Assembly (NCBI GenBank): GCA_004431415.1
Contig: QPMI01000524.1
Location: 62,001-126,000, forward strand
DNA from: Cyanophora paradoxa CCMP329
Lineage: Eukaryota; Plantae; Glaucophyta
Direction of reading: 5' to 3'
Length of the DNA stretch: 64,000 nt
The notes under the pieces are model-generated. The model was not told the origin of the DNA. It saw only the letters and a list, made by a program, of their open reading frames with translations, and ran no database searches. This document shows positions 36,052 to 48,543 of this stretch, piece by piece; the first letter of the stretch is position 1; each line of letters starts with the position of its first letter. The translations under genes were made by a program, and so were the position numbers.

Positions 36052-39000
36052 TTTCGCGAGGCGATCGGCCTGGTCGTTGTAGCAGTCGTACGCTGGATTG
36101 GGTACCAGTTCCGCTCCCGGCGCCCGGCGGGCTCGCGCCCGGTCTTTCTTGGTCGGGGCAGGCGCAGGGGCCGGTGGGGGCGATTTTGAGTTCTCTTCGG
36201 CGAGGGTGGCAACCTCAGCTGCGCGGAGCGATGCCGGGCGGGTAAGGTTAGAGAGAATCTCGGCGCGAGGCAGATGCAGCCTCCGTTCTCTTTGCAGTTT
36301 TCCTACGACCTGGGCGAAGGCGGCCTCGTCTGATTTTGGCGGGGGATCTGCTGCCGGATCTGGTAACGTGATGAGCGTTGGCGAGGGAGGGCAGGAGTGA
36401 GCAACGAGGGAGTCCTCTTCGCTGTCGCTTGCCTGCCAGTTGTCCTCGAGTGTTAAGCGGGTCTCGCCTCCGTCGTCGATTTCAGAGTCAGGCGGCGTCG
36501 GCAGCATGCCACCGTGGTGCAAGGTTGCCACCGTTCGCCGGCGCCGGCTGCCGAGCGTTGGAACGCATGCTGTTTCTGGAGTCGCAAACGCGAGCTGATC
36601 CGGGGGAAAGGTGCGGAGCCTATTTCAGTGGTGCCGAGGTAAAGGGCAAGTATAATGAAATGGGTGTAGGTCCGAAGCCGTTCCGGGAAGTCCCGGATGA
36701 GTGTGCTGAGGCGTTGCGTCGACGGGTCACCCGAGAGGACGTAGGCTGTCATGAGGAGAAGGATCCCACAGGAGGAGCGGGCAATCTGGATGGGGCCGTC
36801 ACAGGCGTCTGTCGAGAAGGATGTCCAGAGAGGCGGGGCGAAGGGCTCGTCATCCCTTCGAAGCCAGATTCTGACAAGGTCAAGGCCGAGGGCTGTTCGG
36901 TCGGGTCGGCTTCGGTTGCCGCCGTCGTAGATTCGGATCGAGCGTTGTCTGGGGGCAATGAGAAGGAGGACCCAGTGGTCGGCCGAGTCGCCTTCCGCTG
37001 CGGGAGGCGGGACGGGACCAGAGCAGGGAAGAAAACCATGCGGTACGACCGTAGTGGCCGTGGCGGCAGATATTGCAGGGCTTGTGCTGGGTTCAGGGTG
37101 TGGGGTTGGGCGCCTGCACCGACCGTGGAGATCGCGGTAGGAAGGAAGCAAACGTCGCCCCACGGCACACGGGACGGGCTGCCAGGACATCGAAGAAGGC
37201 ATCAACCACACGGTCCGAGACTCCACGGGGAAGTGCACTTGCAATAGTCCGAGCTCGCCCATCCCTAGGTGCGGGGGGTAGGTCTAGATCTGTGTAGAGG
37301 CGAGCGAGGTCTGCGACGTAGAGGTCCGGGCAGGCGATCGGGAGGGTCGGCTGTCTGTCGTAATGCAAGCACGTGGGAGCCCAATGATGGCGTTCTCCGC
37401 TGCATGGTCGCCTCGGTTGAGGGCTGGACCCCAGCAGATGCGAATTTGGGGAAGCAGAGCCTTCTCGGCTTCTGATAGAGCTCGGGGGAGGGGCGGTACA
37501 GGGGGCGGTAGCTGATGGTTCGGCGCCCCTGCTTGCCCCGAGGGTGGTGAGGCGGGAGGAGACACGGAGCGTGTTGTGGGCACCGGTGAAGGCGGGTCGG
37601 CTAGTGCGGGTGCCGCGACAGAGCCGAATATTGGTGCCGACGGGGGCTCCGGTTGAGGCGGCGTCGCAGACGGATGCAGCTGATCCAAGTCATGTGGGTG
37701 GGTGGGCCCGGTCCAGTCGGCAGGGAAAGAGGGCTTCGGTGGTTTGTAGCCTTGTCCTGTGAGGCTGAGGTCTGAAAGGTAGAGGGCAGCGGCGTATCGC
37801 AGTCGAATTGCCGGGAGGATGGTACGCGATAGTTTGCCGGGGGCGTTTCCGGTCATGCGTGAGATGTAGCCCGAGGCGATATAGTCTGCAGCTGCCATAA
37901 CCAGTAGGGCGTCTTCGCCGCGATCCGCTCCTGGCCAGCTCGGCGAGTTGAGGGTACTAGCATCGCAGAACCAGCGGGGACATTGGGGGGTCGGGCCCCC
38001 AGCTTGCTCCTGCCACGCGTCTGCCCAAGCTTGAAGTTCAGGGAGAACATCAGCGCATGGCGCGTGAGAGCCGTCGATGACCCTTATAACTCGGGTGCGC
38101 GGCGAGATGAGCGCCAGGCGCCAGTGGCGGAGACGTGCCCGACCGTCAGGCCCGGGGACGGGCGGGAGGGGGAGCAGGAGGTAGTCGACGTCGGTCGGGC
38201 GGAGGGTCGCTTTGTTTGAGCAAATAAATTCTGGTGCGCAGTCCGGGTCTAAGAGGGCTCGTCTAGCGGCACGGGGAGTGGCAAAGATACAGTGGGGAAG
38301 GCCTGGCGTCCGTGCACGTTCATGCACAGCTCGGCGAGCGACAAGGCGTAGGAACGCGGCTACATGCTGCTCTTGAAGGGGCATTTCTTGAACGAGGAGC
38401 GCAGAGGCAGCTTCACGGTCGGAGAGCGTGAGAGGGTCACGCATAGATGCCGCCTGCACTTGCTGGCGCAGAGTTGGCGGCAGTGGCGCAGCCCGGTAGT
38501 TTGGGTAGGCGGCTGAGGCTCCAACGGTGGGCGGGGCGGGTGGTATGCACAGACTGCATCTGCGTCTGTGAACTTGCCGTGCGATGGCCGCTCCGGGAGA
38601 ATCGGGCTGGAGTGTTGGGCAACACGGCCGGGTGGCATAGAGTGCAGAGGGGGCGGGGCCCGCTCGCCAGTCTTGGAGTACAAAGTCAAGGGAAGTGCAC
38701 GGGCGGTCCGGGTCGCAGCGGTGGTATGCTGTCGTCGGGTCGCTGGGGACAGGGGCAGGTCCTCGTCCCAGTACCAAGCGGGGCACGCAGCCGGGAGGGA
38801 GCCATTTTCAGCTAGCTGCCACCGAGACGGCGAGGTGAGCCAGATAGTCTGGTCACGCAGGGCTCCGGAGGGTACAGAGGGCCAGTGAGAGGATAGTCGC
38901 GGCGAGCATTCGCTCTGACTGCGAGTGCATCCCAGTATTCTGTGCGCGACGGGCCCATTGTTGGGAGAGAAGCGTCGACTTCAGGCCAAAATATTGGGTT

Positions 39001-39995
39001 AATGGGGAAGTGCAGTGGAGAGTGATTCTGGTGCGATGCCGACTCGGGAGGGCGGCGAGCCAAGGTGTGTAGCGTCGTAGGTAATCGGCTGGAGCCGTAA
39101 TCAGGAGAGAGCCCTCAGGCGGCACACGTGCATGGGCCCGCGGTATGCGAATGGCGTTATTCCAGATTATACATTGCTCGGCTGGGTGTGTCGCGAGGTC
39201 AGGGGCAGCCGCAGCCAGATCGAGCAGAAGGTGGTGCGGCGTTCCGAACTGAGCAAGCTCTAAGATGTCGGGGTTTGCCAGGTATTGTTCATATTCGCCA
39301 AGCGTGTGGGGGGCAATATAGACCTGGGCACGCCCCTCGTCATCTTTAGGCCCGTCATGTAGATAGGCCTTTGGAATATTCAACCCTCCGTAGACACTGC
39401 AGTATTCCCGGGCCGCTGCCTCCGCTGTCGGCGGCTGGCTGCGAGGGGGCGGGGCAGGGCCCGAGCGCGTGACATAGGGACGGGTGGCATCGAAAGGCAT
39501 TCGTGGTGGGGCAGCCCTCGGGGGCTGGTGGGGCGGTCCCGGGTGGGGCGGTCGGGGCTCGAGCTTCGTGAGAGGGATGGTTTTCGGCTCATGGGCCGGG
39601 GTCCATTTAAGAGTCGGGAGGGGGGCGTAGCCTGCTCTTACCCGGGCTGCAACAATTGCACGTATTGCTAGTATTGTGTCGCAGTATGGACTGCGGAGGA
39701 CTTTCCGAAGTAGGAGGGGGCAGCCTGTGAGGCAAAAGCGCAGCAAGATCGAGATCGTGCCTTTGCTGTCGAGCGTGAGGGTGCCTCCATCCTTGCCTAG
39801 ATACGTGAGCGCGAGCATGACGGCCTCAAGCTCGCCAAGGCCGATGTTGTATTGGACTCCGCTGACACGAGCTGAGAAGGTGACTGTGGCGGGCAGCTGG
39901 GAGTTTCGGGCTGCAGGCATTACCACGCCGAACGTCGTTCGGACTGTGAGTTTCCCTGCGTGTCTGGTGCTCCCGTCGGTCCAGATTGAGGTGGC
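36052..39995 (-). CDS. RNase HI domain of the LINE, split by a ~3.5-kb insert
   Basis: IWTDGS (39969-39986), LGELEAV, TLDS and LKWTPAH (39591-39611). The final helix YNDQADRLAK appears only at 36052-36081. Confidence 0.75.
36700..37230 (-). CDS. Ulp1/C48 (SUMO/ubiquitin-like) cysteine protease domain, catalytic residues intact
   Basis: VSDRVVDAFFDVL...RMVFFP...DHWVLLLIAPRQRSIRIYDG...PIQIARSSCGILLL, giving His-Asp-(Gln)-Cys with C48 spacing. Two frameshifts upstream of HW. Confidence 0.72.
37790..38370 (-). CDS. Second Ulp1/C48-like domain, catalytic Cys absent
   Basis: DYLLLPLP...RHWRLALISPRTRVIRVIDGS, but SWPGADRGEDALLVM replaces the expected QxNxxDCG motif. Confidence 0.6.
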
Positions 39996-41487
39996 CAGTG
40001 CGTCCGGTGCCGGCGCATGTGTAGCCTCGATCACTCGAGCTAGTGCCGCCGGCGGGTTCGTTGTGTTCCGGTGGGCCGACGGGATGAGATATGGGTCAAG
40101 GTCTTCGCGACGCGCAGGAAGGGGTGGCTTCGTTTCAGTTACGTCGAGCTGCGCCGCTTCGTCCTGAAATTCTGCCCACCAAGGGGCAAGCTCGAGCCAG
40201 ATGGATCGCGCGGCCCCGTCGGGTACTTCATAGTAGACAGAGTGGGGTTGGGCGTGTGCATCGGCATCCTCGGAGTCGGAGTCGTGCGTCGGTCGCGGGG
40301 GCAAGGATCGGATTCGACGCGGGCGGGGGCCGGAAGCTAAGCGGAAGTCTTGTCGATTCATCGGAAGTCCAACAAAGGCTAGCCTTTTGTGCAGCCTTGC
40401 TAGCCTTTTCTGGACGTGCGCCGCGGTTGAGAGTTGGTGGGTCAAGCTTGCAGGTGAGCTAGCCTCAGAGGCGGGCTTGTCTCGTTGGTTTAGCACGCGT
40501 GGGGGAACAAACAGCTCGTCGGCTGCGCGGCGACGGCGTTTGGAAGGATGACCAGGCGGGCCTGTGGCGGCAATGCGGGCCACGCGGACATGGGTGGCCC
40601 ATTCATGCCATTCGCACACATCAGTGGCTAGGCCGAGGCGTTTGTGCAGGCCGGCGCTTCCGCAGTACGACGGCGCTGGCAGGGGACGAAGCAAGCTTTC
40701 TCACCAGCGGTCTCTGCAATAATTTCGTTGCGTCCGCGGAGCTCTGAGTCGTCGAGTCGCCAGTGGCGCAGGTGAACCATGTAGACCTTTGCGGTTTCCG
40801 CTGTTGCTTCTGGGTCGAGATTCGTGGCTTCGGGGTCTGCGATCAGAGGCGTGGACACGACCTCGGCTAGGTAGCCCGCTGAGGTCCATACCAGCGTGCC
40901 GGGGGTGAGCTTGGCGATGAGGGGGCTAGCGCGGACTGCCTGGCGAATATCAAGGGGCGGGGAGTAGGGGCATGCGATATTCTGCGCGGAGCGGGCGGGG
41001 CCAGTTGGGGCCCTCCGCTTTGTCAAAATGTTCACGTTCAGACAGTTCTTCGCGTAGCCAATCCCACCATTCCGGCTGTTTACGCTTTGTGTAAGGGACC
41101 CTGCAAAGCTGCCAGAGCTCTGACCAGGTTGGGATGCAGACTTCACCGTGAGTCTGAACTGTGATGTGGGCCATCGTGAAGAGGCCACATTCCATGAGAA
41201 AGACGCCAGCCTTGGCTAGGAGGGCGGGAGAAAGTTGGGAAGCCAGGATGAACCGACGGTCAAGTTTAGCTTCTGTCCTGAGAGGCCTAGCACCCATCCA
41301 TTCGCTGCGAATGTCGTCCAGTTGGCGAAGGCATGATCAGACGCGGCTAGAGCCCGTGAAATGGACAGGCACAAATGTGTGTCCTCTTGCCGGGAAGTTG
41401 GTGTGAGGTTCGAGTATTCGTAGGGGAGCAGGCAGAGCCCATGTCGGGCTTGGGTATCGAGAATGCGTTGGCGGTGGAGCTGGCCAA

Positions 41488-43030
41488 TTAGGGAGTCCGG
41501 GAGAAATAAGCTGTCTCGAGCCGGAGCCGCTCGTCGAGTGTCTGAGACTGGAGCAGGAGCGTGGAGACGTGGCGCAGCTGATAGAGAAGGTAGAGTGCTG
41601 GTGTACTGGTTGATTTAGCGTGACCTGCTGCGTGTCTAAACACTTCGGACCAGACGCGCTCCAGTTGTGCACAGCGAGCTGCACTGAGCGTCATGATTCG
41701 CATCGGGTAAGCCAGTTTAGGATAGATAACGCGGTGTAAAACAGTGCGAAATTCATCAACGGAGAGATATTTTGGGCCAAGGAGGTGCATTGCGGTGCGT
41801 GCATGTGAAAGGAGGAGGCGAAATTGGTGCCCCCAGTCAAGCGACGCTGTAAATAATACTCCAAGGACTCGGAATGCCTCATTTGGTTGATGGGTGGTGC
41901 CGATGGGCTCGGCTTGGGGGCCCAGTCCCACTTTGATGGGTGCGAGCGTGATCGGGCGTGATGGCCGCCAGTCCGGTCGCCAAAAGGCTACCTCGCTCTT
42001 CTTTGCATTCAGGCGTATGTTATGAATGTGAAGGAACTCTGAGAGCCACTGGAAGAAGCGCTGGAGGGTGTGTGGGGAATCTGCAAACATCGTCGTGTCA
42101 TCCGCGTAGGCCAGGATTGATAGGAATGAGCGGGGCCCAGCTGGAACTTTATAGGTCTCCCCGGGTCGCGCGGCGCCTGTGGTGCCTGGGACAAAGTCAC
42201 GGAGCTTCCCGGAGGGAGTACCTGGGAGGGGGCCCATGCGGTATCCGATATTGGTTGACCGTGCTTCTTCATCAATTGCTGTGAGGACCGTATCGTAGAA
42301 TATACGCCAGTGAAGGGGGGCTTCGATCCCTCCCTGTGGCAAGCCGCAGCGAACTTGGAACCATTCTGTACGGCCGTGGGGGGTGAGGATGGCGGCCGTG
42401 CGGTGTCGAGCTGCGTAGGCATGCAGCTGGATATATGCGTGGCCGGCCGGGTGTTCGTGCATGCGTAGCCGGCGGAAGCTGGCTTCCATGCTTTCCCAGG
42501 AGACACTGTCGTACGCGCTAGCGATGTCACCGAGGCCAATATATATTGGTTTGCGGTGGTCATGGGCGTCCTCAAGGGCCGCGCGGACCGCGTACAGGAC
42601 TGGGTCGGTAGATTCGTGCCGACGGAAGCCGTAGTTGGGTCCTCGCAAGATCTGGTGGTCTTCCAGACGGGAATCGAGCCTGTCGGTGAGGATGCCCGTA
42701 ACAAGTTTCCAGAGAACTTCCTGTAGCGTGATTGGGCGAAGGAAGCCTAGATCAGTGGCATTGTCGCGTTTGGGGATGGTAAAAACCTGTCCGCGGAGAA
42801 GATGGTCGCATATATGGCCCTCAAGCGTGGCTTTGACGATCGCCTTGATGACCTCGCGGGAGGTGGTCCAGAATTCAGTGCTCGCCCATGCATCAACTTC
42901 AGCGTGGCTGTGCTTAAGGGTGAGAAGTTGACGATCGGCCTTTGAGAGGCGCGGGGGGAAAAAAATCATTTTGAGCATGCCATTGGTGAGGCCTGACGGG
43001 CCGCCGGCTCCGTCTGATGTGGCTGCGAGG
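41488..43030 (-). CDS. Non-LTR reverse transcriptase
   Basis: AGGPSG, TIPK...LRPITLQE, NYGFR, DIASAYDSV, GLPQGGIEAPLHWRIFYD, LAYADD, LNAKKS, FRVLGV. Confidence 0.95.
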
Positions 43031-44109
43031 CGGGCTGAGATTTCCCGATCGTCGGCATGTCTGTCATGCCATCAAATGCAGCAAGCTGGACGTGGGGAGA
43101 GGTGCGTACTGGCGGATCCAGTGTTCGGCTCGTTCGGGATGCGAGGCCAGGCGAGCGCGGATGCGGTCGGGTGTGACTGCGGCATCGCGCGGGTACCAGA
43201 ATCGTTCGTCGAAGAATTCCTTATATTCTGTCTTCACAGCGTGCGGCGCCGTGATAACGTGCACGAGACCGTCCACCAGTTTTGTGAGATAGGGCTTAAC
43301 AGTGCTCCTGAATTTGTCGAAGAGAATCTGGATTGCTTGCCCATCGAGGACGAGCGGGAGAGCATGTGGCGGCGGGCATCTATGTCACGGGACAGTTTGT
43401 CAGTCTGGAAGCCCCGGCGATGTGCATCAAGAGCTGCCATGTTTCGATTTGTCCAGGAGGTTAATGCTGCAAAGTAACGCGACCAGCAGTCTTCGGGAGT
43501 CGCACGGTCTGAGGCGCCCGGGAAAATTGGGGCGGTTTCTAGGGGATGGGTAGTAATGGAGTTCCGTCTCCGGGCGTTGAGCTACTTCAAAATTGTGGAG
43601 TTCAACAGTTTGCTCGAGTTGTGTAAGGTAGTGTAGTGGGGACGAGCTGGAGCTGTCTGCGTTGTCGGGGCAAGTGCCGGTGGGGTCCAGACGTGTCAGC
43701 GTGGCGCGCCCAAGCTGAGAGGCATCCTGGACTTGAAGCAGGATACCGGAGTCATGCTCCTTCGTTCCTGGGGTGAATATTCTTGGGGGCCGGTCGCGGC
43801 GTTGGCGGTATTGGAGGAGTTGGGCGTCGCTGAGGTCAGGCGATTCGGCCGCGTATTTAATTGCGTCCACGAGGGCATTCATGAGCGCTTGGACTGCCCG
43901 CTTGACCCGCTTCGGGTAGTTTGGATGCGTCCGTTGTTGTTCTGTGGGGTGGAGGATGAGGTTTACTTGGGGTGAGGAGCGGGACAACCAGGTCTGGACG
44001 TGCAGCTTTGCTCTGACGCGTGTTTCTGCTGGTTGCGCCAAGTAGGTGAAGACTGGGGTAGGGCTGGGTTGAGGGCGTACGCTGGGGCGCACCGCATTCC
44101 CTTCATTAT

Positions 44110-44965
44110 CTAGCGAGGAGAAAAGCCCTCAATGTTGAATGAGGTGATCACGGGGAAGTGGTCGGAGCGGATTGCGGTCAGGACTCGGGCAGTGTAGAGT
44201 GTGCGAGTGGCCTGCATTCGCGCTGCCAGAGTTTCAGACGCAAGGATCCCATCCAGTCGCGCAGCCGTGTGGAGGCGCTGTGGGGCTGGAGTGTCTGGGC
44301 CTTCGCCCTGGGGCCCCGTCCGAGCAGCCTTAACCCAGGTAATATCCCCTGGAGTGCCGAGGTCGATCAGCTGCCAGTCGTGGAGCAGCGTTGTCCAGAA
44401 ATCCCGCTCAGGGGCTGATTTGCGAGCTCGGGCCGTGGAGATGCGGTCGCGGCGAGGGTCATGGACCGCATTAAAGTCACCCATTAGCACTAGTTCGGTG
44501 TGTTTGAAATCCTTGTGTCTCCAGTCATTCAGGACAGTTGTAGTTAAATATTCCATGACGTCATCTAGTTCGCTCTGGGGAAGTGAGCGATGGGCATGTA
44601 CACGTTCAGGACAAGGAGCCGCTCGGCTGGAGATTTCTGATAAAGAATACCAATTAGGCGGCCGGGACTGAATAAGTTTTGACAATGTCGTGTTTGAATC
44701 GGTTGTGCACCACAGGGCGACGCCTTTGCCGCGTCCGGCCTCGTCAGCGTTGGTGGGGCCTGAGACGTAGAGAGTTCCTTCAGGGCGGGTGCGATGTATG
44801 GTGCGTACGAGTCCTTGCATTCGTGCGCCTGGCAGGCTGAGTTCTTGGAAAGCTGCAAAGTCCGCAGCCCAGGTCCCACGGTTTCGTTGAGAGCCGTTAG
44901 AAGGCGGTCTGCCGGTCACGTAAGGTCTCGAGCAGTCCCTGGACGTTCCAAGTGACGCAGCGAAT
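44110..44965 (-). CDS. AP-like endonuclease (EEP family) of the LINE
   Basis: IRCVTWNVQGL, FQEL, GKGVAL, LNVYMP (alternate frame), LMGDFNA, ITW, ARLDGIL, SDHFPV. Confidence 0.92.
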
Positions 44966-44999
44966 CTCAGAGTTGAGCCGTGGGCAGGCCGCGGAGGGC

Positions 45000-47900
45000 T
45001 GCCGAGGCCCGGCCCCTGAGAACGAAACGTCGTTCATCGTTGGGCGAGGATAGATGGCGGTGTTCTGATAGAAATTAGGTGGGTACAGTTCCCCAAGCGA
45101 GAGGGGAGCTGGAGGTAGCGGCTGGGCGCTCGCAGGGGCGGGGCCGGGACTTTCGTCGTTTAGGTCTTCGAAGTCGGATTCCGGGGGTCCAGGTCGGGTC
45201 CCCCACGGCGTTGGTAGGGGGCCGGGGGGGCGTCGCTGTCAGATGAGTGGAACGTGGCCATGTTCGATTGCCAATCGTCGCTGAGAGGCCTTGTGTCCCG
45301 CGTTCGGAATTGAAGAACCCGGGACGCAGCCCTGCAAAGGGGCGGCGCGCCTTTTTTGTCGGGGGTGGATGTGAGGGGCCGGCGTTGCTGGCTTCAGCCG
45401 CACTGTCTTCATCTGTGTCCGCTTCCTCGTCATAGTCTGGCCATGGAGAGCTCGAGATCTCGGAGGTGCGCAGTCGTCGGGGTCCGAGTCGTAGGGCTCT
45501 GCGGGTCCAGACGCGCGCGGTCGGGTGTCTACTAGGTCAGGGAGTTCAGCATCGAAGCCGTCGCTGTCACGTGCGGCGAGTGCGGCGGTCAGCGATATCG
45601 ATGCTGCTGCCGGTGCAAGCAGTGCCGTGGCCGCCGTCAGCGGGCCCGTCGGTTCAGGGCATGGCGCCGGGGCCGCGTGAGATGTCTCAAACAGGAGGCA
45701 GAGTATGAGCAAGGGTAAGAGGCCCTGCGAAATGTGCCTTGCGGCAAGCACACGCGTCCGGCAGCTTGTGTCCGGTGTGTGGGACTGCAGTAGCGCTTGA
45801 TTCGGGCAGCGCTCGTCGTGAAAGCTGCGGCGAGCGTTGTCACAGCATTCTGGGCGTCGCCGGCAATTGCTCTTGCCAGGGAGAGGCTCGTGCGGAGGGG
45901 GCCCCGCAACGGGGCCCAAGCCAGCACCGTGAACACGTCTCCTGCTGTAAGAGGTCTCAGAAGGGGAGGGCGTCGGGGGTGTGGCGCCCGCAGGGCGGGA
46001 CAGGGGCGCCGCAGGCTCCTAGGGTAGAGCAGCCGTGTGACCGCACGGGCGGTCAGGCGACGCGCGAAGGGCACGAGCATGACGCAGGCGTAGAGGAGAA
46101 GCAAACTTATCCAAGTTACCAGTGCACTGAGGGCGTAGGCGGGGAGCATGAGTGCCAGAAGCAGCCCGATGGCGACTGGGACGAGCAGTCGTTGCGCCTT
46201 TGGCGCGAGGAGGCGTAAGCTCGTCATCGCCTGTATAGAAGCCTGAGCGGTCGCAAACGCTGCAAGGAGGGCTGTGAAGCCGGCAAGAGGCAAGAATCCG
46301 TGGAGGACTCGCGATGGGAGGTCGGCGTCCAGCTTGGAGAACGCAGAGCGGGCATGCGTGTTCATTCGTACGGCGCAGTGCTGCAGTCCGTGCGCAGCGC
46401 GGCGTCGGGTCCTCGTTGCGAGTAGGACGGCGAGTTCGAGGAAGGAAGTGGCCGGTGTAGGCTATGGCTGAGGGCCACCGCCAACTCGTCGGTGAGTCTC
46501 CAACGGCGGCGCCAGGCCTTAGTCAAGAACCAGAGTAGGCGGTCCCAGGGTGATGGGCTCCAGTTTATTTTGGCTCCGCGGGGTCGTGGGCCGAACCAGA
46601 GGGCGCTGCAAGGGGGTTGAGAGTGGCGCTGACAGTAGGCCGGATAGATCGGCCGAGGCGCCGCAGCTTCTCAGCTCCCTCGTCGATGCCTGCCAGCGGG
46701 GCGAGGGCCACGAGAAGGAGGAGGAGACCCCCCAGGGTGAGTCCGGTTTGGAAACGGGAGGGTATGTGCGTGCAGGGTAGTTCTCTTGACCCGGGGGATA
46801 GTAGTTGGGCTTGGCGAGAGGACAGCAGATGCAGGCGAAGGGTCGAGCCGTCCCCCCCCTGAGCCCACGGTTGTGCAGGCAAGGGCCTCATGATCAGAAT
46901 CAGCGATGTGGGTACGTCCGCGCTGAGTAGCCCGAGCAGCCGGCTAGAGAAGGAGAGCAGAAGCGTATTTTCAAGGTTGTCCCCGACACGGAACTGAGAG
47001 GAGAGGTACAGCAGAAGGCCGTAGAGTCGGAGCATCGCGGGCAACAGCTCTAAGGTAAGTAGATGCCGTAGCGACGAGGCGGGGGGGCCGGTGGTGTCCC
47101 GGGGGCTACGGGCTTCAGGGCGGGGGTGCCTGCTGCATTCGAGCGCCGAGCAGTAAAAGTCTGGTCGGGCTCGAGGGCCGGGGGCCGCCGGCTGGTGGCG
47201 TATACACGACGGGCCTTGTCCCTGCAGCTTCGCGGTCGCTTCGAGTTCCGGTACCAGCGCGCGCGCCAGCATCTTCGAGGCCTGGAGAGGCTACGCGGTG
47301 CGCGACAGTCGACGCGTAGGCGGGGTCTGCTAGCTTGTGTTCTAGTGTCGGGGCTATAGCTAGCGCTGACGCCCTAGCGACTTCGCGCGCGAATACAGGG
47401 GCTGTATCGAGACCTGGTGCGCTAGCGCCAACTTTCCGGGTATTTGGCATGTTAATGTACCGGGCTAACGGTGATTGGTGTTTGGCGAGCGAATCAGATG
47501 CTAGGGCGTACTCGGCTGGAAAGGAGTTTTTTTCTCGTCTGAGCAACGCCTCCCGCGGCCGGGATGCAGGCGACGGGACAGGGGGAAGAGGCTCGCCCGG
47601 GGTAGGAGCGAGCGGCTCGCCTAAGCGCAGGCTTGTACGCCAGCGTCGGCGGCCCTGTGCGGGTGAGGAGGCGTTCGAGTTACCCAGTGACGCCCAAGCT
47701 AGTTCCTTGGTTGCTGGGGCCCATTCCGGCGGCTTCCGGGGACCGTGGACTGCAGCCGCTGGCCGGGAGCCATGGTAGTCTGTCCGGGCCGTTGAGGAGT
47801 CGTCGGTGTGCTCCGTACCGGGGCTAGGCTGCAGCTCAGGCGGTGCAGGCGCACACGCAAGGTGGATGCCGTGCTCCTGACCGACGCGTTGCGATGGAGC

Positions 47901-48041
47901 GCGCCCTCCCGCCTGCACTGGCCGGTTTCTGGCAGCTACGATGCGCCCGAAGAGCTCTACTAGCCCCGAACGGCGTGTTCCGGTCTGCGCCGCTGCCATG
48001 TTGCGGCCGTAGCTGACCGCCTCTCGCATTGTTAGGAGCAC
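45000..48041 (-). CDS. 5' coding region of the LINE with several hydrophobic, TM-like segments (frameshifted, function unknown)
   Basis: Overlapping ORFs 47115-48041, 46565-47272, 45637-46365 and 45239-45919. Hydrophobic runs include LLVPVAIGLLLALMLPAYALSALVTWISLLLLYACVMLVPF and GLLPLLILCLLFETSHA. Confidence 0.45.
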
Positions 48042-48543
48042 GGCCCGCGGGGCGAGGGCGAAGGCTCTTCCTCTACCGAGCTCCAGGTGGGCTCCACCTC
48101 GGGCAGCCCCGAGGCCGGGCTGAGCCGCGCGCAGGGGTCGAGTCGCTCAGCCGGCGAGACGGGGCGGTGAGGGCAGCACGAGGACCCGTGCCCGCGAGGG
48201 GTCCGCTTGGGCTCCCGACGGGGTCCTTGTCGGTCCTTCCTCGGCCCCGACCGCGGTACGCCTCCCGCGGCTGGCGTTGGGGCGGGGCTGACAGTTGCTC
48301 GCAGATCGGAAGGCGAGGCGCGCGAGAGCGATGGGGCGGGCACACAGGGAGGGCCCTCAGTGCGCCGCGCTTCATTCTTGATTACAGTGAGCGTCCGCCG
48401 GGCGGGCGCCGGGGCGTGGTTGACAGCCGCTCGCGGGTCAGGGGCGAGGCGCGCGAGGACGACGGCTCGGGCGCGCTGGGGGGTCCGCGGTACGCTGCGT
48501 GTCAGCCTCGATCTCGGTGAGCGCACGCACGGTGGGCGCCGGG

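Noticed and set aside
45100-45200. DLNDESPGP upstream of the APE as a 2A-like ribosome-skipping peptide
   Set aside because: It does not fit D(V/I)ExNPGP.
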